Shown: in pieces, positions 9,799 through 24,803 of the stretch
Layout of the letters: each line of letters opens with the position of its first letter
How positions within the stretch are numbered: position 1 is the stretch's first letter
The notes under the pieces: model-generated
The model's database searches: none
What the model was told of the DNA's origin: nothing
What the model saw: the letters and a program-made list of their open reading frames with translations, nothing else
Position numbers and translations under genes: made by a program
Origin: an uncultured Thermus sp.
GTDB taxonomy: Bacteria; Deinococcota; Deinococci; Deinococcales; Thermaceae
NCBI GenBank assembly: GCA_947085095.1
Contig: CAMTVD010000022.1
Location: 1-64,000 of the forward strand
DNA: 64,000 nucleotides
Direction of reading: 5' to 3'

Positions 9799-11121
9799 AT
9801 GAGCGCCTTTTTAGAGGAGGCCAAGGCCCTTTTGGCAGAGCTTGTGGCCCTGCCCACCGTGAGCGCGGAGGGGAGGGCTCTGAGGGAGGGGGCGGAGAGG
9901 GTGGCCGAGGTCCTCGAGGGCCTGGGGCTTTCCGCTACCCTCCACGAGGGGTACGGTCCCCCGGTGGTCTACGCCGAGGGCGGGGAGGGGGATAGGGTCC
10001 TTCTTTTTTACAATCATTACGATGTACAACCCCCAGACCCCCTGGAGCTTTGGGAAAGCGACCCCTTCACCCTGGTGGAGCGGGACGGGGCCTGGTACGG
10101 AAGGGGGACCCACGACGACAAGGGGGAACTGGTGGCCCGGGCCATGGCCCTCAAGCTTTTCCGGGAAAAGCACGGTTTCCTCCCCCGGGTGAAGTTTGTG
10201 GTGGAGGGGGAGGAGGAGGTGGGAAGCCCCCACCTCCCCGCCTACGTGGCGGACAAGAAGGACCTCCTGAGGGCCGAGGCCGTGATCTGGGAGGCGGGGG
10301 GCGTGGACGCCAGGAACAGGCCTTACCTCTACGCTGGCCTCAAGGGAATCGTGGCCTTGGAGCTGAGGGTGCGCACAGCGGCCTTTGACCTCCACTCCTC
10401 CTACGGGGCGGTGGTGGAGAACCCCATCTACCGCCTCTCCCGGGCCCTTGCCTCCCTGAGGGACGAGGAGGGGCGGGTGCTGATCCCCGGTTTTTACAAC
10501 CGGGTCCGCCCCCTCACCTCGTTGGAGATGGAGGTTCTGGCCTCCATCCCCGACGAGTCCGAGGCCCTTAAAGAGGCCTTCGGGGTGCGGGACTTCCTGG
10601 GCGGGGCCAGGGATCTGGAGTTCCACCAGCGCCTCTTTACCGAGCCCTGCGTGAACATGAACGGCTTCCACTCGGGCTACGGGGGGCCTGGCTCCAAGAC
10701 CGTCCTTCCCGCCGAGGCGGTGGCCAAGCTGGACTTCCGCCTGGTGCCGGACCAGGACCCCGAGGAGATCCCGGGGCTCCTTAGGGCCCACCTCGAGGCC
10801 CAAGGCTTCCACGATGTGGAGGTGGTGGTCCTGGAAAAGGGGGAGCGCCCGGCCCGCTCGGACCTGGCCCACCCCTTCGTGGCTCTGGCGAAGGCGGCTC
10901 TGGAGGAGGCCTTTGGGGAGAGGGCGGTGCTCTACCCCAACATGCCGGGCTCCGGGCCCATGCACCCCTTCCTCCACCACCTGAAGGCCCCCGTGGTGGG
11001 CCTGGGGGTGGGCTATCCCGGGAGCCGGGTCCACAGCCCCAATGAGCACATCCGCATCCAGGACTTTGAGCGGGGCACCCTGGCCATCCTCCGCCTCTTG
11101 GAGCGCTTCTTGGGCGTTTAG
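9799..11121 (+). CDS. M20/M25/M40 metallo-hydrolase (dipeptidase-like)
   Basis: NHYDVQP, DDKG, EGEEE, HSPNE. Confidence 0.93.
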   Translation: MSAFLEEAKALLAELVALPTVSAEGRALREGAERVAEVLEGLGLSATLHEGYGPPVVYAEGGEGDRVLLFYNHYDVQPPDPLELWESDPFTLVERDGAWYGRGTHDDKGELVARAMALKLFREKHGFLPRVKFVVEGEEEVGSPHLPAYVADKKDLLRAEAVIWEAGGVDARNRPYLYAGLKGIVALELRVRTAAFDLHSSYGAVVENPIYRLSRALASLRDEEGRVLIPGFYNRVRPLTSLEMEVLASIPDESEALKEAFGVRDFLGGARDLEFHQRLFTEPCVNMNGFHSGYGGPGSKTVLPAEAVAKLDFRLVPDQDPEEIPGLLRAHLEAQGFHDVEVVVLEKGERPARSDLAHPFVALAKAALEEAFGERAVLYPNMPGSGPMHPFLHHLKAPVVGLGVGYPGSRVHSPNEHIRIQDFERGTLAILRLLERFLGV

Positions 11122-11138
11122 GGTATCCTCCTTGGGGT

Positions 11139-12005
11139 ATGTGCCTGGTCTTCGGCGAACGCGAAGCGGCCTACGAAGAGGCCCGGGTGGTGGTCCTGCC
11201 TGTGCCCTACGACCTTTCCCTCTCGTTCCTGCCCGGGGCCAGGCGGGGCCCCGAGGCCATCCTCCTGGCCAGCCGAGAGCTGGAGCCTTTTCTCCTGGAG
11301 CTCGGCGTGGCCCCCGAGGAGGTGGGCATCCACGCCGCCGAGCCCGTGCCCTTCGTGGCGGGGAGCGCCGAGGAGAGCCACCGCCTCATCCGGGAGGCGG
11401 CCTTGGGCCACCTGAAGGCGGGCAAGTTCCTGGTGGCCCTCGGGGGGGACCACTCCATCACCCATCCCCTGGTCCTGGCCCACCGGGAGGCGCTAGGGGA
11501 CTTCTCCATCCTCCACATTGACGCCCACGCCGACCTTTACCCGGAGTGGCAGGGCTCGGTCTACTCCCACGCCTCCCCCTTTTACCGCCTCCTGCGGGAA
11601 GGCTTTCCCCTGGTGCAGGTGGGGATCCGGGCCATGGACCGGGACTCCCTGACCCTGGCTCAGGAAAAGGGGGTGGCCCTGTTCCCCGCCCACCGCATCC
11701 ACCGGGAGGGGCTTCCCCTGGAGGCGATCCTCGCCGCCTTGGGGAAGCGGGTCTACATCTCCTTTGACTTTGACGCCCTGGACCCCTCCCTCATGCCCAG
11801 CGTGGGCACCCCGCTTCCCGGGGGGCTTTCCTACCGGCAGGCGGTGGACCTCTTAGAGGCCATTTTCCGGGAGAAGGAGGTGGTGGGCATGGATTTTGTG
11901 GAACTCTCCCCCAACGGCCAGTTCCACGCGGAGATGACCGCCGCCCAGCTGGTCTACCACGCCATCGGCCTGAAAGGCCTTCAGGCGGGCTGGCTTCAGC
12001 CCTAG
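11139..12005 (+). CDS. speB: Agmatinase / N1-aminopropylagmatine ureohydrolase
   Basis: GGDHS, DAHAD, DFDALDP ureohydrolase motifs. Confidence 0.93.
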   Translation: MCLVFGEREAAYEEARVVVLPVPYDLSLSFLPGARRGPEAILLASRELEPFLLELGVAPEEVGIHAAEPVPFVAGSAEESHRLIREAALGHLKAGKFLVALGGDHSITHPLVLAHREALGDFSILHIDAHADLYPEWQGSVYSHASPFYRLLREGFPLVQVGIRAMDRDSLTLAQEKGVALFPAHRIHREGLPLEAILAALGKRVYISFDFDALDPSLMPSVGTPLPGGLSYRQAVDLLEAIFREKEVVGMDFVELSPNGQFHAEMTAAQLVYHAIGLKGLQAGWLQP

Positions 12006-12044
12006 GGCACACTTCCTGGCCCTTTCTGACCTTAGGCTTGGGCC

Positions 12045-12932
12045 ATGCCCCTAGGGCTGGCTCTGCTCCTACTCCTTTCCCTGGCCCACGCCCAGGTCCT
12101 CACCATTCCCCAGCTCCGGGCCAGGGCCTATGGGGAAGGGGGCTTCCGGGTGGAGCGGGTCTTGGAGGAGGGGCCTGCTTTCACCCGCGTGCAGTTCTCC
12201 TATCTCTCCGGTGGCTTCCGTGTCCACGGCTTCGCCAACCTGCCCAAGGGCCGGGGCCCCTTCCCGGTGGTGGCGGTCCTCCACGGCTACGTGGAGCCCT
12301 CCCGGTACCGCCTCCTGGCCTACACCACGCCCTACGCCGACTTCCTGGCCGAACGGGGGTTTTTGGTCCTCCACCCCAACTACCGGGGCCACCCGCCCTC
12401 GGAGGGTCCACCCGCCCAGGGCCTGCGCCACGTCTATGCCGTGGACGTTCTCAACCTCCTGGCCGAGGTGCGCCGAGGCGCCTTTCCCCAGGCTGACCCC
12501 AGCCGGATCGCCCTCTTCGGCCACTCCATGGGGGGCGGCGTGGCCCAGGTGGTGAGCCTGGTGGACCCCGGGCTGAAGGGAGTAGTCCTCTACGCCAGCA
12601 TGAGCGGGGATGAAAGGCTGAACCTGGAGCGGATCCGTTACTGGTCCCAAGGAAGGCGGGGCCAGGAGCTTTTTACCCTGCCCGAGGCGGTGTTAAGGGA
12701 GGCTTCTCCCTGGACTTACCTTCAGGAGCTCGGGGTGCCTTATAGTGTCCACCACGGCACCCTGGACACCCAAGTGCCCCCGGAGTGGTCCTTTGCCCTC
12801 TGCCACAGGCTAAAGAGGCTGGGCAAGCCCGTGGAGTGCTTCTCTTACCCTGCGGGCCACCTCTTCCAGGGGGAGGCGGAGCAGGCCTTCCGCAAGCGGG
12901 TCCTGGCCTTCTTCAACCGGGTCCTCCGCTAG
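12045..12932 (+). CDS. Secreted alpha/beta hydrolase (S9 peptidase-like)
   Basis: Signal peptide ending AHA; GHSMG nucleophile, HGTLD, AGH. Confidence 0.88.
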   Translation: MPLGLALLLLLSLAHAQVLTIPQLRARAYGEGGFRVERVLEEGPAFTRVQFSYLSGGFRVHGFANLPKGRGPFPVVAVLHGYVEPSRYRLLAYTTPYADFLAERGFLVLHPNYRGHPPSEGPPAQGLRHVYAVDVLNLLAEVRRGAFPQADPSRIALFGHSMGGGVAQVVSLVDPGLKGVVLYASMSGDERLNLERIRYWSQGRRGQELFTLPEAVLREASPWTYLQELGVPYSVHHGTLDTQVPPEWSFALCHRLKRLGKPVECFSYPAGHLFQGEAEQAFRKRVLAFFNRVLR

Positions 12933-12941
12933 ACTTGGGTC

Positions 12942-13106
12942 ATGCGGGCCTTTATGGAGAACCTTCCCGCCCTTTTCCTTTCCCTGGCCTTCGGCGCCGC
13001 CCTGTTTGGGGTGTTGGCCAGGCTTCTGGGGTCCCGGCGGGTCTGGCCCTTTTTTCTCCTCGCCCTTTTGCTTCTGCTCTTGGCCCTTGTGCTCCGGGTA
13101 GAATAG
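12942..13106 (+). CDS. Small two-TM membrane protein (absent from the ORF track)
   Basis: MRAFMENLPALFLSLAFGAALFGVLARLLGSRRVWPFFLLALLLLLLALVLRVE*; TAGACT 6 nt upstream of ATG. Confidence 0.6.
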   Translation: MRAFMENLPALFLSLAFGAALFGVLARLLGSRRVWPFFLLALLLLLLALVLRVE

Positions 13107-13112
13107 CCCTCC

Positions 13113-14027
13113 GTGGCCAAGCGCGTGGTTTCTGTGTCCTTGGGTAGCAGCCGCCGCGACTCCGTGGCCGAGCTGGAGGTCCTGGGGGAAAAGGTGGTGC
13201 TGGAGCGGCGGGGGACGGATGGGGACGTTCAGGGGGCCCTCTGCCTCATCCGGGAACTGGACGGCCGGGTGGACGCCATCGGCCTGGGGGGGATTGACCT
13301 CTACCTGGTGGCGGGAAGGAAGCGTTACCCCATCCGGGATGCTAAAAAGCTGAAGGAGGCCGCCAAGAAGACCCCGGTGGTGGACGGCTCAGGCCTTAAG
13401 CACACCCTGGAGCGCCGAGCCGTCTACGAGCTCGCTTCCCTTTTTGAATGGAGGAACACCAAGGTGCTCCTTCCCTCCGCCGTGGACCGCTTCGGCCTCG
13501 CCGAAGCCCTGGACCAGGTGGGGGCTAAGGTCCTTTACGGGGACTTCATCTTCGCCCTGGGGCTTCCCATCCCCCTTTATCGGCTTTCCCTCTTGCAGAA
13601 GCTGGCCCACCTTCTTCTCCCCGTAATGACCCAGCTTCCCTTCGGTCTCCTCTACCCCACGGGGGAAAAGCAGGAAGAGCGGGTGGTGGACTGGCGGAGC
13701 CGCTACTACCGCTGGGCGGACCTGGTGGCGGGGGACTGGCACTACCTCAAGCGCCACATGCCCGAGGGGATGCGGGGGAAAAGCGTCCTCACCAACACCA
13801 CCACGAGGGAGGACGTGGCTTTCCTGAGGGCGAGGGGGGTGAAGTACCTCATCACCACCACCCCGAGGCTTTCGGGGAGGAGCTTCGGCACCAACGTCAT
13901 GGAGGCTCTTCTTGTGGCCCTGGCAGGGCGGGAGCTAGGGGAGGAGGACTACCTTCGGTATATTGACCTATTAGGGCTGAAGCCCCAGGTCTTGGACCTG
14001 GAGGAGCCCCAGGAGGAGGAAGCATGA
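13113..14027 (+). CDS. Conserved uncharacterised protein (family often auto-labelled quinate 5-dehydrogenase)
   Basis: VVSVSLGSSRRD, VDGSGLK, GRSFGTNVMEA; stop overlaps the efp start. Confidence 0.75.
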   Translation: MAKRVVSVSLGSSRRDSVAELEVLGEKVVLERRGTDGDVQGALCLIRELDGRVDAIGLGGIDLYLVAGRKRYPIRDAKKLKEAAKKTPVVDGSGLKHTLERRAVYELASLFEWRNTKVLLPSAVDRFGLAEALDQVGAKVLYGDFIFALGLPIPLYRLSLLQKLAHLLLPVMTQLPFGLLYPTGEKQEERVVDWRSRYYRWADLVAGDWHYLKRHMPEGMRGKSVLTNTTTREDVAFLRARGVKYLITTTPRLSGRSFGTNVMEALLVALAGRELGEEDYLRYIDLLGLKPQVLDLEEPQEEEA

Positions 14028-14578
14028 TTAGCGTGACCGACCTGCGCCCGGGCACCAAGGTGAAGATGGAGGGCGGGCTTTGGGAGTGCGTGGAGTACCA
14101 GCACCAGAAGATCGGCCGCGGCGGGGCCAAGGTGGTGGCCAAGTTTAAGAACCTGGAGACCGGGGCCACGGTGGAGCGCACCTTCAACTCCGGGGAAAAG
14201 CTGGAGGACATCTACGTGGAGACCCGGGAGCTCCAGTACCTCTACCCCGAGGGAGATGAGCTGGTCTTCATGGACCTGGAGACCTACGAGCAGTTCCACG
14301 TTGCCAAAGATCATGTGGAGGCGGCCCGCTTCCTCAAGGAGGGCATGACTGTCCTGGGGGACATGTACGAGGGGCGCCCCCTCAAGATCACCCCGCCCAC
14401 GGTGGTGGAGCTCAAGATCGTGGACACGCCGCCTGGGGTCCGGGGGGACACGGTCTCCGGGGGAAGCAAGCCGGCCACCCTCGAGACCGGGGCCGTGGTT
14501 CAGGTGCCCCTCTTCGTGGAGCCGGGGGAGGTCATCAAGGTGGACACCCGCACCGGCCAGTACGTGGGCCGGGCGTAG
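14024..14578 (+). CDS. efp: Elongation factor P
   Basis: HQKIGRGGA loop, PGVRGDT...KPATLETG. Confidence 0.98.
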   Translation: MISVTDLRPGTKVKMEGGLWECVEYQHQKIGRGGAKVVAKFKNLETGATVERTFNSGEKLEDIYVETRELQYLYPEGDELVFMDLETYEQFHVAKDHVEAARFLKEGMTVLGDMYEGRPLKITPPTVVELKIVDTPPGVRGDTVSGGSKPATLETGAVVQVPLFVEPGEVIKVDTRTGQYVGRA

Positions 14579-14592
14579 ATCCTCTCGTGGCG

Positions 14593-14624
14593 GGGACCCG
14601 GCCCTGGGCCCGGGTCTTTTGCTT
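14593..14624 (+). terminator. Probable intrinsic terminator after efp
   Basis: GGGACCCGG...CCGGGTCT stem followed by TTTGCTTT. Confidence 0.55.
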
Positions 14625-14686
14625 TGACCAAGTCCAAGGGTTTATCGGGGCTTTCTGGGGTAAGCTTTATGCCACGAGGTGCGCCC

Positions 14687-15163
14687 ATGACGCCGAAGGA
14701 GCTGAGACAGATCCTGCAAGCCTTGGTGGAGCACGGGGTGAGCGAGCTCACCCTAGAGACCCCCGACTACAAGCTCACCGTGCGCCGCGGCGGAGAGGTG
14801 CAGGCGGTGGCCGTGCCCCAGGTGATCCCGGCCCCCATGCCCGCCCCGGCCCCGGTGGCTGAGCCCGCCCCGGCCCCCGTACCGGTGGAGGCCCCGAAGC
14901 CCCAGGAGGAAGGGTGCCCGGGGTGCGTGGAGGTCCGCGCCCCCATCGTGGGCACCTTCTACCGGGCCCCCGCCCCCGATGCTCCGCCTTACGTGAAGGA
15001 GGGGGACCGGGTGGAGAAGGGCCAGGTCCTCTGCATCATTGAGGCCATGAAGCTGATGAACGAGATTGAGTCCGAGGTCTCCGGTATCGTCAAGAAGATC
15101 CTGGTGCAAAACGGGGAGCCCGTGGAGTACGGCCAGCCCCTTTTCCTCATCCAGCCCGTATGA
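14687..15163 (+). CDS. accB: Acetyl-CoA carboxylase biotin carboxyl carrier protein
   Basis: EAMKLMN biotinylation motif, Pro/Ala linker. Confidence 0.97.
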   Translation: MTPKELRQILQALVEHGVSELTLETPDYKLTVRRGGEVQAVAVPQVIPAPMPAPAPVAEPAPAPVPVEAPKPQEEGCPGCVEVRAPIVGTFYRAPAPDAPPYVKEGDRVEKGQVLCIIEAMKLMNEIESEVSGIVKKILVQNGEPVEYGQPLFLIQPV

Positions 15164-16497
15164 AGAAGGTGCTGATCGCCAACCGGGGCGAGATCGCCCT
15201 GAGGATCATCCGGGCGGCCAGGGAGCTCGGCCTCAAGACCGTGGTGGCCCACTCCACCGCCGACGAGAAGAGCCTCCCTGTCCTCATGGCGGATGAGGCC
15301 ATCTGCATTGGACCGCCGCCATCGGGCCAGAGCTACTTGAACATCCCAAGCATCCTGTCTGCAGCCATCGTCACCGGGGCGGACGCCATCCATCCCGGGT
15401 ATGGCTTCCTCTCGGAAAACGCCACCTTCGCCGAGATGTGCCGGGAGCATGGCATCACCTTCATCGGCCCCACCCCGGAGAACATGCGGGCTTTGGGGGA
15501 CAAGGCCACGGCCCGGAGGGTGGCCCGGGAGGCGGGGGTGCCCACGGTCCCGGGCACGGACGAGCTCGCTAGCGTGGAGGAGGCCAAGCGGGCTGCCATG
15601 GAGATCGGCTATCCCGTGATCCTCAAGGCCTCGGCCGGGGGCGGGGGAAGGGGCATGCGGGTGGTGCACACCGAGGAGGACCTGGAGCGGGCGGTGCAAC
15701 AGGCCCAGGAGGAGGCCCGGGCCGCTTTTGGCAACCCCGCCATCTACCTGGAGAAGTACATTGAGGAGCCCAAGCACATAGAGATCCAGGTCCTGGGGGA
15801 CGGGGAGCGGGTCGTGCACCTCTGGGAGCGGGACTGCTCCATCCAGCGCCGCCACCAGAAGCTCCTGGAGGAGGCCCCCAGCGTCCTGCCCCTGGAGACA
15901 AGGAGGGCCATCGCCGAGGCGGCCAGGAGGCTGGCGGAGCACGTGGGCTACGTGTCCGCGGGGACCCTGGAGTTTCTGGTGGACAAAGAGGGCAACTTCT
16001 ACTTCATAGAGATGAACACCCGCATCCAGGTGGAGCATCCCATCACCGAGATGATCACCGGCGTGGACCTGGTGCAGGCCCAGTTCCGCATCGCCATGGG
16101 GGAGAGGCTCTGGCTCAGGCAGGAGGAGATAGAGGTGCGGGGCCACGCCATAGAGGCCCGCATCAACGCCGAGGACCCGGAGAAGGGCTTTAGGCCTTCC
16201 ATTGGCAAGGTGGAGACCCTGCTCTTTCCCGGGGGGCCGGGGATCCGGGTGGACAGCCACCTCTATGCGGGCTACCAGATCCCCCCCAACTACGACAGCC
16301 TCATCGCCAAGATCATCGCCTGGGCCCCGACCCGGGAGGAGGCCATCAGGCGCATGGAACGGGCCCTGGCGGAGACGGTCATTGAGGGGCCTGGCCTCAA
16401 GACCACCGTTCCCTTCCACCAAAAGGTCCTGCAGAACGCCTTCTTCCGCCGGGGGGCCGTGTACACCAACTTCGTGGCCCGGCGGTTGGAGATGTAG
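15160..16497 (+). CDS. accC: Biotin carboxylase
   Basis: [24 protein letters not shown]. Confidence 0.98.
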   Translation: MKKVLIANRGEIALRIIRAARELGLKTVVAHSTADEKSLPVLMADEAICIGPPPSGQSYLNIPSILSAAIVTGADAIHPGYGFLSENATFAEMCREHGITFIGPTPENMRALGDKATARRVAREAGVPTVPGTDELASVEEAKRAAMEIGYPVILKASAGGGGRGMRVVHTEEDLERAVQQAQEEARAAFGNPAIYLEKYIEEPKHIEIQVLGDGERVVHLWERDCSIQRRHQKLLEEAPSVLPLETRRAIAEAARRLAEHVGYVSAGTLEFLVDKEGNFYFIEMNTRIQVEHPITEMITGVDLVQAQFRIAMGERLWLRQEEIEVRGHAIEARINAEDPEKGFRPSIGKVETLLFPGGPGIRVDSHLYAGYQIPPNYDSLIAKIIAWAPTREEAIRRMERALAETVIEGPGLKTTVPFHQKVLQNAFFRRGAVYTNFVARRLEM

Positions 16498-16506
16498 ACT
16501 GGGCCT

Positions 16507-16839
16507 GTGATGGTGGACTACGAGATCAGTGACCACGCCCTCGAGGGCCTGGTGGCCCACGCCCTGGAAGGCCTCGAGGGGGTTCGGCTTTTGGAGGCGG
16601 CCCCCCGCTCCTTAGGGGAGGTTTTCCGCCGCACGAAGCCCGTCAAGGTGGAGCGCCTCCCCGATGGGCTTTCTGTGGACCTGGTCCTCTCCGTGAACTT
16701 TGGGGTGGCCATACCCGAGCTGGCCAAGGAGGTGCAAAAGTCCGTTGCTGAGGCGCTCTTTCTGGCCACCGGGGAAAGGGTGAAGGCGGTGAACCTCACC
16801 GTGGCCCAGGTGGAGTACCGGCCGGGGGGCCATGCGTAG
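16507..16839 (+). CDS. Asp23/Gls24 family protein
   Basis: Typical accC-asp23-nusB-folD synteny; IPELAKEVQKSVAEAL. Confidence 0.85.
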   Translation: MMVDYEISDHALEGLVAHALEGLEGVRLLEAAPRSLGEVFRRTKPVKVERLPDGLSVDLVLSVNFGVAIPELAKEVQKSVAEALFLATGERVKAVNLTVAQVEYRPGGHA

Positions 16840-17287
16840 GCGGGCGCGGGAGCTGGCCATGCGGGCCCTCTTCGCCCATACCCAAGGGGGGGTGGACCTG
16901 GAGGAGGCCTTGCGCCACACCTTGGAGGAGATGGGCGGGGAGGAGGACCCCTATGGGGACCCTCTGGACGAGGAGGGGGTGGCCTTCGCCCGCAGGCTCC
17001 TTTCAGGCTACAAGGCCCACCAGGAGGAGGTGGACCGCGTCCTGAAGGAGACCGTGGAGGGTTGGGATTTTGCCCAGATGTCCAAGACCGACCTCACCGT
17101 GTTGCGCTTAGCCGCCTACGAGATGCTTTACGAGCCCACCCCCTTTGCCCCCCTCATTGAGGTGGCGGTGAAGATCGCCAACCGCTACGGGGGCGAGCAC
17201 TCCGGAGCCTTCGTGAACGGGGTGCTGGGGCGGCTCTTCCGGCGTATCCAGGAGGGGGAGGTTTTGGCGGTGTCCAAGGAGGACTAG
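16832..17287 (+). CDS. nusB: Transcription antitermination factor NusB
   Basis: RRRARELA, FVNGVLG. Confidence 0.96.
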   Translation: MRRRARELAMRALFAHTQGGVDLEEALRHTLEEMGGEEDPYGDPLDEEGVAFARRLLSGYKAHQEEVDRVLKETVEGWDFAQMSKTDLTVLRLAAYEMLYEPTPFAPLIEVAVKIANRYGGEHSGAFVNGVLGRLFRRIQEGEVLAVSKED

Positions 17288-18139
17288 GTGACCCAGGCAC
17301 GCATCCTTTCTGGTCATGAGGTGGCGGAAGCGGTCTATAGGGAGCTTAGGGAAACCCTGGCCTCTCTACCCTTTGTGCCCTCCCTGAGGGTGATCCGGTT
17401 GGGAGAGGACCCTGCTTCGGTGTCCTACGTGCGCCTCAAGGACAAGCGCGCTAGGGAGCTGGGCCTGAGGAGCCAGGTGGAGGTCTACCCCGAGGACTTT
17501 CCCGAGGAGGCGCTCCTTGCAAGGATAGAAGAGCTCAACCGGGACGAGGATGTGGACGGGGTCCTGGTCCAGCTCCCCCTGCCTCCCCATATCCGGGCGG
17601 AGCGGGTCCTCGAGGCCATCTCCCCCCTAAAGGACGTGGACGGCTTCCACCCGGTGAACGTGGGGAGGCTCTGGAGCGGGGGCGAGGGGCTCTTCCCCTG
17701 CACGCCTTTAGGGGTGGTGCGCCTCCTCAAGCACTACGGGGTGGGCCTCAAGGGGAAGGAGGTGGTGGTCCTGGGCCGCTCCAACATCGTGGGCAAACCC
17801 CTGGCCGCCCTCCTCCTTCGGGAGGACGCCACCCCCACCCTGGCCCACTCCAAGACCCAGGACCTCCCGGAGGTGACGAGGCGGGCCGAGGTGCTGGTGG
17901 TGGCCGTGGGCCGGCCTCATCTGGTCCGCAAGGGCTGGGTGCGCCCCGGGGCGGTGGTGGTGGACGTGGGCGTGAACCGGGTGGAGGGGAAGCTTCTGGG
18001 GGACGTCCACCCCGAGGTGGCGGAGGTGGCCTCGGCCCTCACCCCGGTCCCCGGGGGCGTGGGGCCCATGACCGTGGCCATGCTCATGGCCAACACCGTG
18101 AAGGCGGCCCTTTTGAGGCGGCATGGAGCTCCTCGCTAA
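17288..18139 (+). CDS. folD: Bifunctional methylene-THF dehydrogenase/cyclohydrolase
   Basis: KDVDGFHP, GRSNIVGKP, PVPGGVGPMT. Confidence 0.97.
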   Translation: MTQARILSGHEVAEAVYRELRETLASLPFVPSLRVIRLGEDPASVSYVRLKDKRARELGLRSQVEVYPEDFPEEALLARIEELNRDEDVDGVLVQLPLPPHIRAERVLEAISPLKDVDGFHPVNVGRLWSGGEGLFPCTPLGVVRLLKHYGVGLKGKEVVVLGRSNIVGKPLAALLLREDATPTLAHSKTQDLPEVTRRAEVLVVAVGRPHLVRKGWVRPGAVVVDVGVNRVEGKLLGDVHPEVAEVASALTPVPGGVGPMTVAMLMANTVKAALLRRHGAPR

Positions 18140-18578
18140 CCAGATTTTCTGGACCGCCATCCTGGCCAACTTCCTGGCTCAGACCCTGAAGCTTTTCATC
18201 TACTACCGCCTCGAGGGCCGCTTCCAGTGGGAGCGCTTCCTGGAGACCGGGGGGATGCCCTCCAGCCACTCCGCCACGGTGAGCGCCCTGGCGGTGAGCG
18301 TGGGCTTGAAGGAGGGTTTTGACAGCGCCCTCTTCGCTGTGGCCGCCATTTTCGCCCTCATCGTCATGTACGACGCCACGGGGATCCGCCGGGCGGCGGG
18401 GCTCCACGCCCAGCTTCTGAACCAGCTGGTGCAGGAGCTCCGCCGCCTCCAGGAGCTGGGCCCCACCCCCACCCCCCTGAAGGAGCTCCTGGGCCACACC
18501 TACCTGGAGGTCCTGGTGGGCGCCCTCCTGGGCCTCTTGGTGGCCTTGGGGGTCTATGCCCTCTTCCCCACCACGTAG
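18123..18578 (+). CDS. Divergent PAP2 family protein (DUF212)
   Basis: GGMPSSHSA, VMYDA, LGHT. Confidence 0.92.
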   Translation: MELLANQIFWTAILANFLAQTLKLFIYYRLEGRFQWERFLETGGMPSSHSATVSALAVSVGLKEGFDSALFAVAAIFALIVMYDATGIRRAAGLHAQLLNQLVQELRRLQELGPTPTPLKELLGHTYLEVLVGALLGLLVALGVYALFPTT

Positions 18579-18757
18579 AAGGCCAGGGTCTGGCCGATGA
18601 GGAAGACCAGAAGGCCCAGGGCGGGGCTCAGGAAGAAGACGAAGAAGCTCAGGAAAAGGACCAGGACGATGGGCAGCAGGGGCTTTTGGAAGCGGTGGAA
18701 GACAAAGAGGTTCAAAAGCCCGAAGAAGAGGAGCACCAAGAAGGCCACGGTTTCCAC
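18554..18757 (-). CDS. Small hydrophobic membrane protein
   Basis: 67 aa hydrophobic ORF; TACAAT upstream. Confidence 0.6.
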   Translation of the reverse strand: METVAFLVLLFFGLLNLFVFHRFQKPLLPIVLVLFLSFFVFFLSPALGLLVFLIGQTLAFYVVGKRA

Positions 18758-18822
18758 GGGAGGCCATTGTACGCCCTTGTCAGGCTCGGGGAATGGGGTA
18801 AACTTTTACCGAGTATAAGGAG

Positions 18823-20805
<1,983 letters not shown>

Positions 20806-20817
<12 letters not shown>

Positions 20818-21328
20818 GTAGACGGCAAAGACCCTAAACCCTTCCATCCACCCCTCCCCGTAGGCCCGGAGATGGAGGCCTGGGGGAGGGGTGAGGAGCT
20901 CCAGGGGTTCCCAGTAAAAGGGGCTTTCCCCCCTGCCCCGCCTCAGGGCCTCCTTGCGCCTGAAGCCCTCCAGGAGGAGAAGCCCGCCGGGGAGGAGGAG
21001 GGGCGGGAGTAGGGCGAGGAGGGGGCGGTTCACGTAGTAGCTCATGAGGATGGCGGCGAAGGGGCCTGGGGGGAGGCTTAGGGGGGTGGCCTCGAGGTCC
21101 AGCTCCAGGAGGCTTAGCCCCGGGGTCCCGGCAAGCCTCTTGAGGGCCTCCCGGCTCCGTTCCACCAGGATCACGGGGTGCCCCCTTTGCAGAAAGTAGC
21201 GGGCGTTCCGCCCCAGGCCCCCTGCCAGGTCCAAAACCGGTCCTTTCGGCACGAAAGGCCCGTAGGCCCGCACCACGAAGGCGGGGGCCCGCTCCTCCTC
21301 CCCTTCCCGGTAATGGGCATCCCAGTCC

Positions 21329-21336
<8 letters not shown>
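20806..21336 (-). CDS. Class I SAM-dependent methyltransferase (TehB-like)
   Basis: VLDLAGGLGRNA. Confidence 0.85.
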
Positions 21337-24722
<3,386 letters not shown>

Positions 24723-24803
24723 CCTTCCAGAATACGCCTGGCTGAGGCCCCCTTTGCATGAAAAAGATTCGTGCACTAAACTTGACATAGGTAGGCTTAG
24801 GCT

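Noticed and set aside
14989..16560. Long antisense ORFs (e.g. 14989-16560, 26010-27806, 44314-45726, 52598-53896, 6159-7376)
   Set aside because: Shadow ORFs opposite well-recognised genes, caused by high GC3; no recognisable motifs.
24765..24803. Possible HspR (HAIR) or CIRCE operator upstream of lon
   Set aside because: Only a partial half-site (CTTGAC) and no matching inverted partner.
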